Origin: an uncultured Nitrososphaerota archaeon
GTDB taxonomy: Archaea > Thermoproteota > Nitrososphaeria > Nitrososphaerales > CADDZS01
NCBI GenBank assembly: GCA_963799845.1
Contig: CAWCYI010000004.1
Location: 1,984,001 to 2,048,000, forward strand
Reading direction: 5' to 3'
DNA: 64,000 nt
The translations under genes were made by a program, and so were the position numbers. Shown piece after piece: positions 51,739-62,302 of the stretch. Position 1 is the stretch's first letter. Each line of letters opens with the position of its first letter. The notes under the pieces are model-generated. The model saw only the letters and a program-made list of their open reading frames with translations. It made no database searches and was not told where the DNA came from.

Positions 51739-52398
51739 CTAAACAAAGCCAACAAAGAGCGAGTCTTGTTTCACGTTCAGGATTGAACGCATACCGTTTG
51801 CAGATTCCAGCATCCGATCCCGATGTTCAAGATCATCGTAATCTCCCATAATATCGCCACCTGCCCTCGTACTGGCGTAGTGATCGACTGTTGACAACTT
51901 CTCTCCCTTCATTGGGTCAGCAATCGTGCCGATGAGAAGCAATCGAGTCCGAGATTTTATTTTCGCAGTGTCGATCCACGGCTTTGCTTTGCGGCTCGGG
52001 TCCACGCCAGTTTCTCCGTGCTTCATCAAAGCCGTTCCAACGTTCTGCTTGAGCTGCATCATGTTGCGCGAGTCCTCGATCTCGGGGATATGCCCTTTCA
52101 GGAGATCGTGGAGTACGCCCGCATCTCGAAGCTCCTGGATGAATTTTCCAGTGGTGTGCGCGGTTCCCTTTGAATCGCCGTACACTAGCGAGCTGTCAGG
52201 GCCGCGACCGTACTTTTCTCCCGCTGCAAAACTCACAGGAACGAATCGAAAATCTTGAGATTGTTCTGCCCCGCAGCCACTACAAACATATTGAGTGCCG
52301 AAGGCTTCGTTTTCGTCTCGAACTATTTCGCCACCGCAAACTTTTCCATCGCCGAGGCGAGGAACTTCACATATCCACTGAGCATCTGCCGTACCCAC
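51739..52398 (-). CDS. Protein with TFIIB/TFB-like Zn ribbon N-terminus
   Basis: C..x..CGGEIVRD...QYVCSGCGAE...GPDSSLVYGDSKGT; cyclin repeats not evident. Confidence 0.5.
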   Translation of the reverse strand: MGTADAQWICEVPRLGDGKVCGGEIVRDENEAFGTQYVCSGCGAEQSQDFRFVPVSFAAGEKYGRGPDSSLVYGDSKGTAHTTGKFIQELRDAGVLHDLLKGHIPEIEDSRNMMQLKQNVGTALMKHGETGVDPSRKAKPWIDTAKIKSRTRLLLIGTIADPMKGEKLSTVDHYASTRAGGDIMGDYDDLEHRDRMLESANGMRSILNVKQDSLFVGFV

Positions 52399-52553
52399 AG
52401 GAGATTTCAGAAATTGCGCTGTGAAAGAATCGATATAAGGTGTATTCTTATGTAAAAATCCTCTAGTTTGACGTTCACCCCTGATGTATTTTGCACCAAA
52501 ATTTAGGCTCGATATGAGCTGAATACCCCGACTACTACTACTACCAGAACAAG

Positions 52554-53156
52554 TTAGTCGTTTCGCGCGCGCTCTGTGGCCACTTTCAAAAGTTTAGAGC
52601 AAGCAACGAGGAAATCTAGTCTGAGATCCATTGTAGCAGAGCAAACTTGGAAAGATATTGGATTGCAACCGTTAGTGCCGTATTGAGTGAATGGAGTCGA
52701 GCTGCCGATGGATGCTTGATATGATCCCTCTGGCACTCCTTTGATTATCGTTTGAGCTGAAAAGTAATAGGCGTACTGCGCGGCTGGCACGTTGACAGTA
52801 ATCGTGTAAGGCCCGTGCGTTACTCCCGAGCTATCGACGACCTGGATCGTGAATGTGAAACTCAGAGGAAAGATGTTCTCCTGTGGAATTACGAGCTGCT
52901 GATACTCAGGAACGCCTAGCAGATCTAGCGCGGAAGGTGCAGCGCATTGGGTTGCCCCGTACTGAAAGACAAATCCGCTGACCCAATGTGAGAGGCCGTT
53001 GTCGTTGTATGTTCCCTCGACAATTAGAGTAGTGTTGCAGATTGGCGTGGAGCTGCCGCCGAAGGCTGCTGCGGGAATAGATCCGAGAGCTAGCACTACT
53101 CCCGCTGCGACAAGCAAGATCAGAAAAAATGCGATGTATGCTTTAGCACTCGCCAT
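52554..53156 (-). CDS. Exported beta-rich protein
   Basis: Signal/TM followed by an Ig-like segment. Confidence 0.7.
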   Translation of the reverse strand: MASAKAYIAFFLILLVAAGVVLALGSIPAAAFGGSSTPICNTTLIVEGTYNDNGLSHWVSGFVFQYGATQCAAPSALDLLGVPEYQQLVIPQENIFPLSFTFTIQVVDSSGVTHGPYTITVNVPAAQYAYYFSAQTIIKGVPEGSYQASIGSSTPFTQYGTNGCNPISFQVCSATMDLRLDFLVACSKLLKVATERARND

Positions 53157-53630
53157 TTATCTTCGCCTAGAGTTGAGGACGTTTGCTCTCTCGAACACGA
53201 TGACAGCTACCGTGAAATCGAGAACCGCCGCAATAATCGCGAGAATGATGAAGGCCACGGTCGGACCGACTGGGATCGCCATAGAGGATTTTCCAGTAAC
53301 CGAAAGCAATGCAAAATAATTGCCTGGCGATGAGAACGCGCCAGTTGCCAAAAAGTAGCTGAGTATTAGGAGTCCAACGAATGTCGCAACGCCGACGAGC
53401 GCGAGTTTCGCACCCTGTTTCGAGAGGATCAGCAAAGCGATCAGCCCGGTACCCGCGAAAATCAATGGGAAGAACCACTGACTAAGCCAGCCTAGCGTAG
53501 AGGAAAAGACGTAGCCGATCAGAACGCCGCCCACGGTGAAGATCAACAAAACGAGGGGCAGGCCCACGGTACCCAACGCCGTAACTAATATCCCGAGAGC
53601 CACGGCCACGTCTATGATCTTGCTGACCAT
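53157..53630 (-). CDS. Multi-pass membrane protein
   Basis: Start MVSKIIDV chosen to avoid overlap with 53658; about 5 TMs. Confidence 0.7.
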   Translation of the reverse strand: MVSKIIDVAVALGILVTALGTVGLPLVLLIFTVGGVLIGYVFSSTLGWLSQWFFPLIFAGTGLIALLILSKQGAKLALVGVATFVGLLILSYFLATGAFSSPGNYFALLSVTGKSSMAIPVGPTVAFIILAIIAAVLDFTVAVIVFERANVLNSRRR

Positions 53631-53657
53631 GAAAGAAAAACCACTTTTTCTGTTGTC

Positions 53658-53990
53658 ATGCCTTCGACACATATCCTCAAGATGATCGGCTTTGGGTTCC
53701 TCTCGGCTGCAATCGGGGTGATCCTGCTGATCAACGCATACATCATTCACCCGCCTTACATCTATCTGCCGATAGTACTGGCTGCTGTAATGATTCTGAT
53801 CGCAGCGGTAACAATGCTATGCACCCAGAAGCTCTCGGAGAAGCTGGCGGATTTCTTCTTGGTGATCCTCGGTCTATTACTTTTGTTAGTGCCGATCTTT
53901 AACGCGCCAGTACTATCTACCGTGGTAGTTGCGGCAATCATCCTGATTGTGGGAGTTATCGAAATCGTCATCGGTCTTGTTATGGCGTAG
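53658..53990 (+). CDS. Small 4-TM protein
   Basis: Almost entirely hydrophobic. Confidence 0.7.
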   Translation: MPSTHILKMIGFGFLSAAIGVILLINAYIIHPPYIYLPIVLAAVMILIAAVTMLCTQKLSEKLADFFLVILGLLLLLVPIFNAPVLSTVVVAAIILIVGVIEIVIGLVMA

Positions 53991-53998
53991 TTGAGAAA

Positions 53999-56051
53999 AT
54001 GAGACTAGAGAAAGGACGGTTTTCTGTAAAGAAAATTAGTCCTTTGGCAGTAATCCTGCTCTGCGCCCTCGCTTCTATGGCTGCCGTGCCGAGCCTTTTC
54101 ACGAGATCTTTTGCAGACACCGCGAATGTCATCCAATCAGGACAGACCATCCATTGCAGTTCCACTGCCACTCTGACGTTGGGAAGCGACGTAACCGCTG
54201 GTGATGTTCTGATCGTTGGAATTGATTTTGGGGCGGCAGAATCGGGTCCAACGTACAGCGCCCATCTGACCGACAGCCAGAGTAATTCATTCGCCGAACA
54301 AGTTTTGCATGAACGCACCAGTACGCTTTCACCACCCGACGGCGGCGGAGAGTATGAATCTGGGATCTACACTGCGGTTGCGAAAGCGAATTCTTCAGAC
54401 ACTTTCACGCTGACCGCGCAGTATGAATCGGAAGATACCGACACCTGTTACAGCATCCAGGTTGTCGAGGCATCAGATATTTACGCTACACCGATCAGCA
54501 CGGGGATCGGCAGCGGGAATGAAGGAAACTGCTGCGGTCTGAATTCGTCTCTTACCTTCAACACGATTGATTTCGCTACCGCCCTAACCGACGACACGGG
54601 CGAAGGGACGTGGAGCTGTACCAACAGCAACTTCACCTGCCTGACCGCAAGCCAGACTGAATTCTTCGGCGGAAATGGCAACGGAGAGTACGCGCTGATC
54701 GATGGAAATCAATCAACTAGCCAGATGAACATGACCCTAACAACGGCAAAGGACGTGTTCGTTGAAACTGCTGCGATCTTTGAACAGGTGATCCCGCCAG
54801 TGATAGTGTACGATGTGGGTTCGAGCAATGGGGCCTGCAACGTCGCGAGCCTCACAAATTCTCTCACCACGAACAACGCGAGCGAGGTAATTGTGGGTCT
54901 AGTCTCTTGGTCAAACACTAGCGCATTTACGATCAACTCGGGATGGAATTTCCGTCAGTCCGAATACATAGATCCGGGCGGCAGTGGAAACGTCCAGTAC
55001 GGCGAAAATCTAACGGAGTACTGGATGGATGCCCCGACCCCAGGTACCTATTCCCTTACCGTAACTGAGAATCCTAGCAACACAGAAGCCTGCATTGGGA
55101 TAATTGAATTCTCGGTGATAGGAGTGAACACTACCGCGCCCTTCGATCCCTCGTTCACTTTGCCCTCGGTTACGACAGACACTACCGGACTTCCAAATGG
55201 AACCGTGGTAGCTACCACGAATCCCAATAATATGATCATAGGACTCGAAGGGGATCAGCAAAGCAGTAATCAGATAGCTGGCTCTGGATTTACGCTCGCT
55301 CAAACAAACTCTAATGGCGAGGACGTTAGCGCGGAATATCTAGTGGTGAACCAAACCCAGAGCGATCTAGCAGTACCATTCGCGCAAAGCCTGACCTATC
55401 CGTGGATACAGTTCACCGATGCCCTAACCCACGGCGACGGCACGGGTGCGCCCATTCCACCTGGTCCAACAACAACAACAGCAAACAACGCGGGCTGCTG
55501 CCAAGTATTCAATCCAACAACATACACCTCAAGCAATTTCCTGACCTCGACCTCGACAGTTACCTCGTCCACGACCACAAAGACGACTATCACTTTCACC
55601 AGGGAGTACCCGTACATTGATGACATTGTTACCAACGTGCCGCCGAACAAGCCCCTTCTCGCAGGTTACAATTTCGTAGTGGATAATTCTGGCGCGGGCA
55701 ATCAGACACAGCTCTTGCAGATTACTCTCAAATATCCAAATTCCAAAATACAAGTCATCTATCCTGCATCCGAGCTTCCAATAATGGTCGCGGCTGCGAG
55801 CAAAGCAAATCTGCCCTTCAACCTCTCGATCTCAAGCCCAGGTCTGCCGACGAAGAGCTGACGTGATTCAGGGAACAGCGGAATTCCTGAAATTTAACGG
55901 GCCGACTTTCGCGTACGTCAATAGCCCGTTCACGATCACAGTGAATTCAGGCTCTGCCATCCTCGTAGAATTGTTTCCATGGATCCTAGTAGTTGCAATG
56001 GTCCTATTAGTGGGCGCGGTACTAACCGTGATCGTCCAGCGCAGACGGTAG
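53999..56051 (+). CDS. Surface protein paralogous to the giant protein's termini (split by a 1-bp insertion at ~55860)
   Basis: VTAGDVLIV at the N-terminus; QVIYPASELPI...KS(Y)VIQGTAEF...FTITV then TM and QRRR. Confidence 0.8.
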
Positions 56052-56054
56052 AAA

Positions 56055-57095
56055 TTGAAGAAAAGAATTCTGATCGCCATCGAGGTTTTGCTTGTCGTCA
56101 TTACGGCTAGCTTTTCCACTCCGTCAGCATCAGCCAGCGGGGTCGGTTTTCTCGCCTCGTTTGACACAAACACCAACAATCCTCATTTCGCAGTTCTGGG
56201 AATTTCACTAGCGAATCTCTCGGACACTGGACAGTTGGCCACCGCTTACACCAACTATTGTTTGGGATGCAGCACCGTCTCGATTCCCTCGATCAGCGTA
56301 CTAGTGGGGCAAACATATCTTGTCCTCGTTTCGGTGAACACCAGCTCTTCGAGTTGTGGCGGATTGTCTGACACCTTAAGGCAAACCTTCACGCCAACGG
56401 CTGCGGCACACAGCTCCACCGGACATGCAACAGTCTGCGCCTATAATGAAGGAAGCATTACGTCGAGTGGCATGGACGCTATCAGTGTTACGGATCTTTC
56501 GCTGAATTACAACATAGAAGTCTATGTCTACGTCCTAACAGGTTACTCAAATGGAACCCTCGGCTACAACTCTGCTGATGATGCGACCTGTTCATGCAGC
56601 CCCACGATCCCCCAGCTCTACTTCAATTATGTCTCGGTCAATCCTGGATGGTTTGGCGCGGGGGCCTATGACAGCACCGCGCTGACTACTGTACAGCTGA
56701 CCTATGAGGCTGGCACTACTGGGATCGGCGAAGGCGTTAGTGGCGGTCAATATGCGGGCTTTGGTGGAGAATATTTCATCAATACTGGACCCATCACCAG
56801 CACGGTTACGACGACCACGCCTATCACAACTACTACAACTTCGGCAGTTACGACAACTGCGCCCGGCCCGTGCTGCGTCCAAGTTCAGGGCGGCGGCGTT
56901 CAAACTACAACGGCCATCGGTCCTACAACCGTGAGCGCGAGTACGCTAACTCAGGTCAGATCGTCCTCGGTCAAATCCATCCTGACTATCTTCGAGCTAT
57001 CGAGCTCGGAATGGTTCGTCGCGATCATCGCAGTAGCGATTGCTGTCCTCGCAAGCGTCGTCGTAGTGATCCGCGTGAGGACTCGCCATTTCTAG
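56055..57095 (+). CDS. Cys-rich surface protein with C-terminal TM
   Basis: Signal peptide, Thr-rich linker, GPCCVQ, TM + RTRHF. Confidence 0.8.
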   Translation: MKKRILIAIEVLLVVITASFSTPSASASGVGFLASFDTNTNNPHFAVLGISLANLSDTGQLATAYTNYCLGCSTVSIPSISVLVGQTYLVLVSVNTSSSSCGGLSDTLRQTFTPTAAAHSSTGHATVCAYNEGSITSSGMDAISVTDLSLNYNIEVYVYVLTGYSNGTLGYNSADDATCSCSPTIPQLYFNYVSVNPGWFGAGAYDSTALTTVQLTYEAGTTGIGEGVSGGQYAGFGGEYFINTGPITSTVTTTTPITTTTTSAVTTTAPGPCCVQVQGGGVQTTTAIGPTTVSASTLTQVRSSSVKSILTIFELSSSEWFVAIIAVAIAVLASVVVVIRVRTRHF

Positions 57096-57487
57096 CCGAT
57101 TTTGAAAAACTGTCTCGCGCTAGGACTCAACTCGGCCACTAAGACGGCTACGCCAAGTACCAAAGCGGGGATCAGAAAAATTTCATTACCCAGAGCTACG
57201 AATAGTAATGTTGCCGAGAACAGGATGATGAGAACCGATGATAAAAGGGTGAAGGCCCAAGCAATCCGAATTCCAGCAAATAACCAAATGAAAAGGATCA
57301 ATCCGACCAGACCTAATGCGATATAGAAAAACCCAAACAGGCCGTTGAGGGCTCGGTTTTGAAGCTGCATGATATTAGCTAATCCAAACCAAGCAGCTAT
57401 GCTACCCATAACGAGAAGATACATGCTTTCAACTCCCTGCAACACTCCTAGCGCGATTACACCATTCGTCCTTTTTCCGTGCGCCAT
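57092..57487 (-). CDS. Small 4-TM membrane protein
   Basis: KRTNGV...GIRIAW...PSARQFF pattern. Confidence 0.7.
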   Translation of the reverse strand: MAHGKRTNGVIALGVLQGVESMYLLVMGSIAAWFGLANIMQLQNRALNGLFGFFYIALGLVGLILFIWLFAGIRIAWAFTLLSSVLIILFSATLLFVALGNEIFLIPALVLGVAVLVAELSPSARQFFKIG

Positions 57488-57569
57488 GTAACTAAAAGGA
57501 AATCTTGTAGTTAGTACAACGTACCGAGAAATTTCCTTTTACATTTACGAAGGAAAAGCGCAGCTAAAA

Positions 57570-58358
57570 ATGCCGAAGTTCTTCCTAGTCGGTAGTGCCG
57601 GTCAAAGCCGCCACCACTTTGAACAGCGTTCTCAGCGAAAGCAAAGGAAAGCTACCGCTAGGAGATCCTCGGTAGTCAAAAAGAAATCCCGAGCCGTCGA
57701 GCGTCCAGTTCCCAAGAAGATCGAAAAGCGGGAAATGGAAGCTAAGGCAGTAGCTCAAGTTGTTTCGCAAAGACCACCCCTTGGGGCGCACACGGTTGAT
57801 ATTACTCAGGACGTTGCCAGGGCGATTGAGAATTCTAAATTTGGTCCGCTGATCAAAGCGCGAGAAGCTGCGGCAAAGTCAGCCCCAACAAATGAGCAGA
57901 TCATTCGATTTCCAAACAGACCCAGGCCGAGGCCGCCTAGTCGCCCGTACAATTCGATCCAAACTCAGAAGGAAGCTGCTGCGGTCAGAGAGCAGAAGAA
58001 AGAGACTAGAGAGCTTATCAAAGAATTTCCAGACCTGAATTCAAAGGAAAAAGATCTCATCAAGAAAGCTGGACTTGTCGGCGTTGGAAAACCGAAAGTC
58101 TCGATCAGCAAACCCGACTCTACAATAGTGGTGCAGCAAAAGGTCGTTCAGACTCCGACGACGAGCAGTGGGCATGATACGGGTTGGGATCTCGTGGGGA
58201 AAGTTCCTTCATCCAGCGGCCACGGAGATTACGAGATTAAGATCAATCGGAACACGGGAAGATTAGGCTGTTCTTGTCCGCGATACAAATTCAGCGGTAT
58301 GCAGAGCTGCAAACACACGGAAGCGTACCAAGCGAACCCAGAAGCCTATAAGGTCTAA
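57570..58358 (+). CDS. Basic protein with C-terminal SWIM Zn finger
   Basis: VPSSSG..YEI...CSCP...CKH. Confidence 0.8.
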   Translation: MPKFFLVGSAGQSRHHFEQRSQRKQRKATARRSSVVKKKSRAVERPVPKKIEKREMEAKAVAQVVSQRPPLGAHTVDITQDVARAIENSKFGPLIKAREAAAKSAPTNEQIIRFPNRPRPRPPSRPYNSIQTQKEAAAVREQKKETRELIKEFPDLNSKEKDLIKKAGLVGVGKPKVSISKPDSTIVVQQKVVQTPTTSSGHDTGWDLVGKVPSSSGHGDYEIKINRNTGRLGCSCPRYKFSGMQSCKHTEAYQANPEAYKV

Positions 58359-58363
58359 CGCCC

Positions 58364-59497
58364 GTGCCGAAGTACTTCCTCGCGAAGCACTATCCACGCA
58401 GAGCTCCGCCAGCAAAAAAGAATCCTCGCCCTAAATTTGAGTACAAGCACGAGGAAGCCAAATACCGCGTAGATCTAAAACGCGATCTGCGAGTCCGAGG
58501 AATTCCGTTTAACAAAGAAGCCAAGACGGAGATTCTGGAAAAGGCACACGAGAGAGTTGGCGAAACCTATCCGCGTGTTACTGTGATGGGTGGGATGTTC
58601 TCAAATCTGATTACATCTCCACGCGCAATTTTGCTGGACAGAAACCTGGCGGGAAAAATCAGTTCTGTTTGTGGACATGAACGGTGGACCGAAAGATATG
58701 GTGCGAGTGCTGTATCTCACGGGCCGAGACGCTGGAAAGATCGAGAAGGTCAGGCTAGGAAATCTCAACGCTGATATGTACGACAGGACCCCGATGACGT
58801 TGAAAGAGGCGAAGGACGAGGCTGCGAAAAATCTCAAGCGATCCAAACTGGAAGCTTTCGCGAATTCACACGCAGTTACTCGTAACGAAGTGGTTGCCAT
58901 TGCAGCTGAAGATGAGGAAAGATCTTCACGCCTCTCCAGATGGGCTGCAAGTGATGAGCCACGGTCTAATGAAAGACAGCGACCTTCAAATCACAGTCAA
59001 GATGCCCGAGGGAAAACGGATCTCCCAGAATCAAGTGAAAGAGGCGATCCGCAACGCTGGATACAAAGGCGAGATGGAAACTTTCCTCTTGGGCCGCGTG
59101 ATTGAGGTCAGGTTCATAGTACCGGGTCAGGATAAGGCGCGTGAAGAACTGGAAAAGATTGAGGCAGAGGAAGAACGGAAATCTCGAAATGATCTGGCGC
59201 GTCGAAGTCGGCAGGACAGAAAAAGCCGACCTGCTTCGAGAGGATTTGAAGAAACGGAATCTCCCAGGAGCTTTCATCTTGGGATACGACGATGCGGTTC
59301 GCAGCACGGATCCTAACAACGTCAATTACGACAAATCATTCGACGCGAGCAAGCCAGAGGAAATGTCACAGCGAATCATAAACAGTTTTGGTGATCCGAA
59401 ATTGCAGACCAAGCAGTACGCTGATGGAGTCAGAGCCTTCGTGAAAGCGAAGAAAGAAGGAAAGGACGTTTCAAAACCGTTGGACTGGTTACTATGA
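58364..59497 (+). CDS. Basic KHYP-leader protein, fragmented by several frameshifts (ORFs 58364/58671/58894/59141)
   Basis: Staggered overlapping ORFs; leader MPKYFLAKHYPRR. Confidence 0.55.
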
Positions 59498-59577
59498 AAA
59501 AAATTAGAAGATCTGTGACAATCACTGACAAAAAATCAAATTCCATCCTGAAGCTTTGTAAAAGCACCAGCCGAGTT

Positions 59578-61401
59578 TTAGGTGGAGGGGAATGGAGAAT
59601 AGTATACCTCAGTGAGAGAGCTCAAGCCCGGTGAGAAGTCTAGTCCTCCGACGCAGAAGATCTCAGCTTTGGCAGTGAAACATGATTGGTCTGAGACAGC
59701 TGAAGGATAGTCGGATCCAGCACTCCAATTGCCTAAACCTGACGAACTCACAAGGGAATAGTAGGTCTGATTCAACGAGTAGCCACTCGCATTCTCCCCT
59801 CCGACGCACTCTATTATTCCCGTGTTGTAGGCACACGCCGCGCTTGCAACCGCCCATGGGTACGCGGGACCCTGCGACCACGGCCCGATTTGCCCATTCG
59901 AGAATGGTGCGTAATACACGGCGTTAGTTACGCCATTCGGTCCATAGCCTCCGACACAAATGATCCAGCCTCCGCCGCTCGTGCATGGCATGCTGTAGTA
60001 AATGGAGACCGGATAGTTATAGGGAGAGAGTCGCCATTGTCCTAGACCGTTGCTCGTCATAGTCGCGTAATACACCGAGTTATCGTTTCCAGATATGCAG
60101 TAAACATAGTCTGATATTGACGCGCAGCTTCCAACAAAGTTCATTGGATAGCTGGTTGTCTCTTTCCAAACTCCGACTCCTGAGGATGAAATGGGGGCAT
60201 AATAGGTCGCATTGGTGTCACTGGGTGCGGCGTCGTCTCCACCAATGCAGTACACAAAGCCCCCGTAGGTGACGCACTGCAGATCCGTGTCGTTCAAAGG
60301 GTACGGAGTGGTGCTCTGCCACTCGCCTAAGCCACTAGAAGTTACCTCCGCGTAATAAGTCGCGTTTGATCCAGATTCATTGCCAATTCCGGCTATACAG
60401 TATACATAACCAGAGCTCTGCACACAGGACCCGTCGGCGAACTCTTGGGGATAGGTTGTCGTCGCGTTCCACAAAATGCCGTTGCTAACGACAGGATTCG
60501 GACCGGGGTAAGTGATTTCTGGCAAATACAGGAAAACGGTGAAATTGTTAGTCAGTGACCATTTCTGAGTAAACATTGTTCCTGAAACATTCTTCGAATC
60601 GATCGCGAAGCTCAAGCTGATACTGAAATTAGTCTGGGGACCGGTATAATTCTGCTGCATCACTTCGCCGATTTTGCCTTCTAGAAACTTTCCACCGCCC
60701 AAAGACCAATTGACATCTGTTGGTGGAGACCCACCATTAGGGACGTTCAGGCTCACCACATCAAAATCGAATGTACTAGAGCCAACCTGAGTAATGTTGA
60801 ACGATACAGTATCGAGCGGCATTTCGTTGTAGGGATCAGTAGCAGGATATACCGCATAGCAGGTCATCGTATTCTGGTTTGTAAAAATTGGGTAGGACTC
60901 TCCTCCACCACTCATGTCGCCACAATCCAGGCCGATCCCGGTCTGATTACCTGCCAGAAAATCACTGGTGTATTGAGAAATCCCAGCTGAGGGGCCACTC
61001 AACTGTCCCGAACTAAAGACCAGACTAGTGAAAACACCTCCGAAATGGCAGGGAGGTGGTGGCATGGTCGCGTTACCCTGCGAGCACGGCGTAAAAGTCG
61101 AGGTAGTCATCGGTGTCGAAGTAAAGTTTGTAATCACCCTAGTCGTGTTTGTCGAGCTATTCTGAATCGAAGAGTAATTTGCAATGTGTGAACCGCTCGA
61201 ATTGGAATATTCGCTGAGAGTTGTAGATTCCTGTGAAGAGGTGGTTGTAGCTGCCGAGATTGCAGTCGTTGTTGAAGAAGGTTGATCCAATACTACCGAA
61301 GATTGAGTAGAAGAGGTTACTTCAACAGCCGCAATGACTAATGCAGCAACAACAATCAAAGCACCGATAGCAAGGAGGGATGATCTCCCTGGCCGAGGCA
61401 A
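59578..61401 (-). CDS. N-anchored surface protein with C-terminal Kelch-like beta-propeller
   Basis: Six repeats of W..TT.YP....C....YVYCIGG...YYA. Confidence 0.85.
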   Translation of the reverse strand: MPRPGRSSLLAIGALIVVAALVIAAVEVTSSTQSSVVLDQPSSTTTAISAATTTSSQESTTLSEYSNSSGSHIANYSSIQNSSTNTTRVITNFTSTPMTTSTFTPCSQGNATMPPPPCHFGGVFTSLVFSSGQLSGPSAGISQYTSDFLAGNQTGIGLDCGDMSGGGESYPIFTNQNTMTCYAVYPATDPYNEMPLDTVSFNITQVGSSTFDFDVVSLNVPNGGSPPTDVNWSLGGGKFLEGKIGEVMQQNYTGPQTNFSISLSFAIDSKNVSGTMFTQKWSLTNNFTVFLYLPEITYPGPNPVVSNGILWNATTTYPQEFADGSCVQSSGYVYCIAGIGNESGSNATYYAEVTSSGLGEWQSTTPYPLNDTDLQCVTYGGFVYCIGGDDAAPSDTNATYYAPISSSGVGVWKETTSYPMNFVGSCASISDYVYCISGNDNSVYYATMTSNGLGQWRLSPYNYPVSIYYSMPCTSGGGWIICVGGYGPNGVTNAVYYAPFSNGQIGPWSQGPAYPWAVASAACAYNTGIIECVGGENASGYSLNQTYYSLVSSSGLGNWSAGSDYPSAVSDQSCFTAKAEIFCVGGLDFSPGLSSLTEVYYSPFPST

Positions 61402-61541
61402 TTTTCTCCGGACCCTTTCACTTGGAAGTTATGAAGTGCGGTTACTTTAACTTTGAAGAGACGTTCGCGCTTCGGAAGCATTACTTCCTTGGAAAGACAG
61501 AAATTTATAATCGCCCTCTGTTGATAGAATAAGGTGAAAAT

Positions 61542-61985
61542 ATGCTAAAGACGAGCCCGTTTCTTCTGTTTGACGGAAACTGCGCTGAGGCAATGACTTT
61601 CTACCACGAGTGCTTTGGAGGAGAGTTAAGACTGACAAAGCTTGCCGATTCACCTATGAAGGATATGCTACCTCCCGAGAAACACAACCGAATCATCAAT
61701 GCATATCTGAAAAATGGCATCATTGAGATCTCGGCCACCGACTGGATGGCGGCCCCGCAGTACGAACCAACCCTGGGAGAGATGTACGCCGTATTTGTCA
61801 GGGGCAATTATGACGAGGTAAAGCCGGTATTTGACAAGCTTGCAGTTGGGGCAGAGAAGGATAGGTTCCAAGAACTGCACCAGATGCCGTTTGGAATGTA
61901 CGGACAGATGTATGATAAATTCCACAGGCATTGGATATTTGTGGCGGATGAAAAGAATAACCCGGCTGATGCTACCCAAAAGTGA
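61542..61985 (+). CDS. VOC / PhnB-like (3-demethylubiquinone-9 3-methyltransferase family) protein
   Basis: PFLLFDGNCAEAMTFY...FG.YGQ.YDKF..W. Confidence 0.9.
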   Translation: MLKTSPFLLFDGNCAEAMTFYHECFGGELRLTKLADSPMKDMLPPEKHNRIINAYLKNGIIEISATDWMAAPQYEPTLGEMYAVFVRGNYDEVKPVFDKLAVGAEKDRFQELHQMPFGMYGQMYDKFHRHWIFVADEKNNPADATQK

Positions 61986-62302
61986 AGGAAAGAAACTTGT
62001 GCAGCCGTAAACAGCTTCTATCTTGATCCTGTTTGGGGCGGCGAAGACACGGCTCCTCTGTTCAATACTGTAACATTTGGATAGTGAGCAGATCTAAATT
62101 CTAAGATGCCGCGGTCGCAGAGGTTCCTGAATCAAGTCGTCTACTGGCCCCTCGAAAATCAGTCGAGAACAGACGGCAGAAGATCAAGAAACGCGGGTTA
62201 AGAAACGCCTGGATTTGAAGCACTGACAAAACCCGATCCCGAGGAAGAAAAGAAAGAGCAGGCGCGACGATTGAGAAACTTTCTAAATCCGCTGTACTTC
62301 AA

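Noticed and set aside
58777-58785. Reverse-strand copy of the regulon motif (TGTACGACA)
   Set aside because: Inside a coding region with no suitably placed start; compatible with chance.
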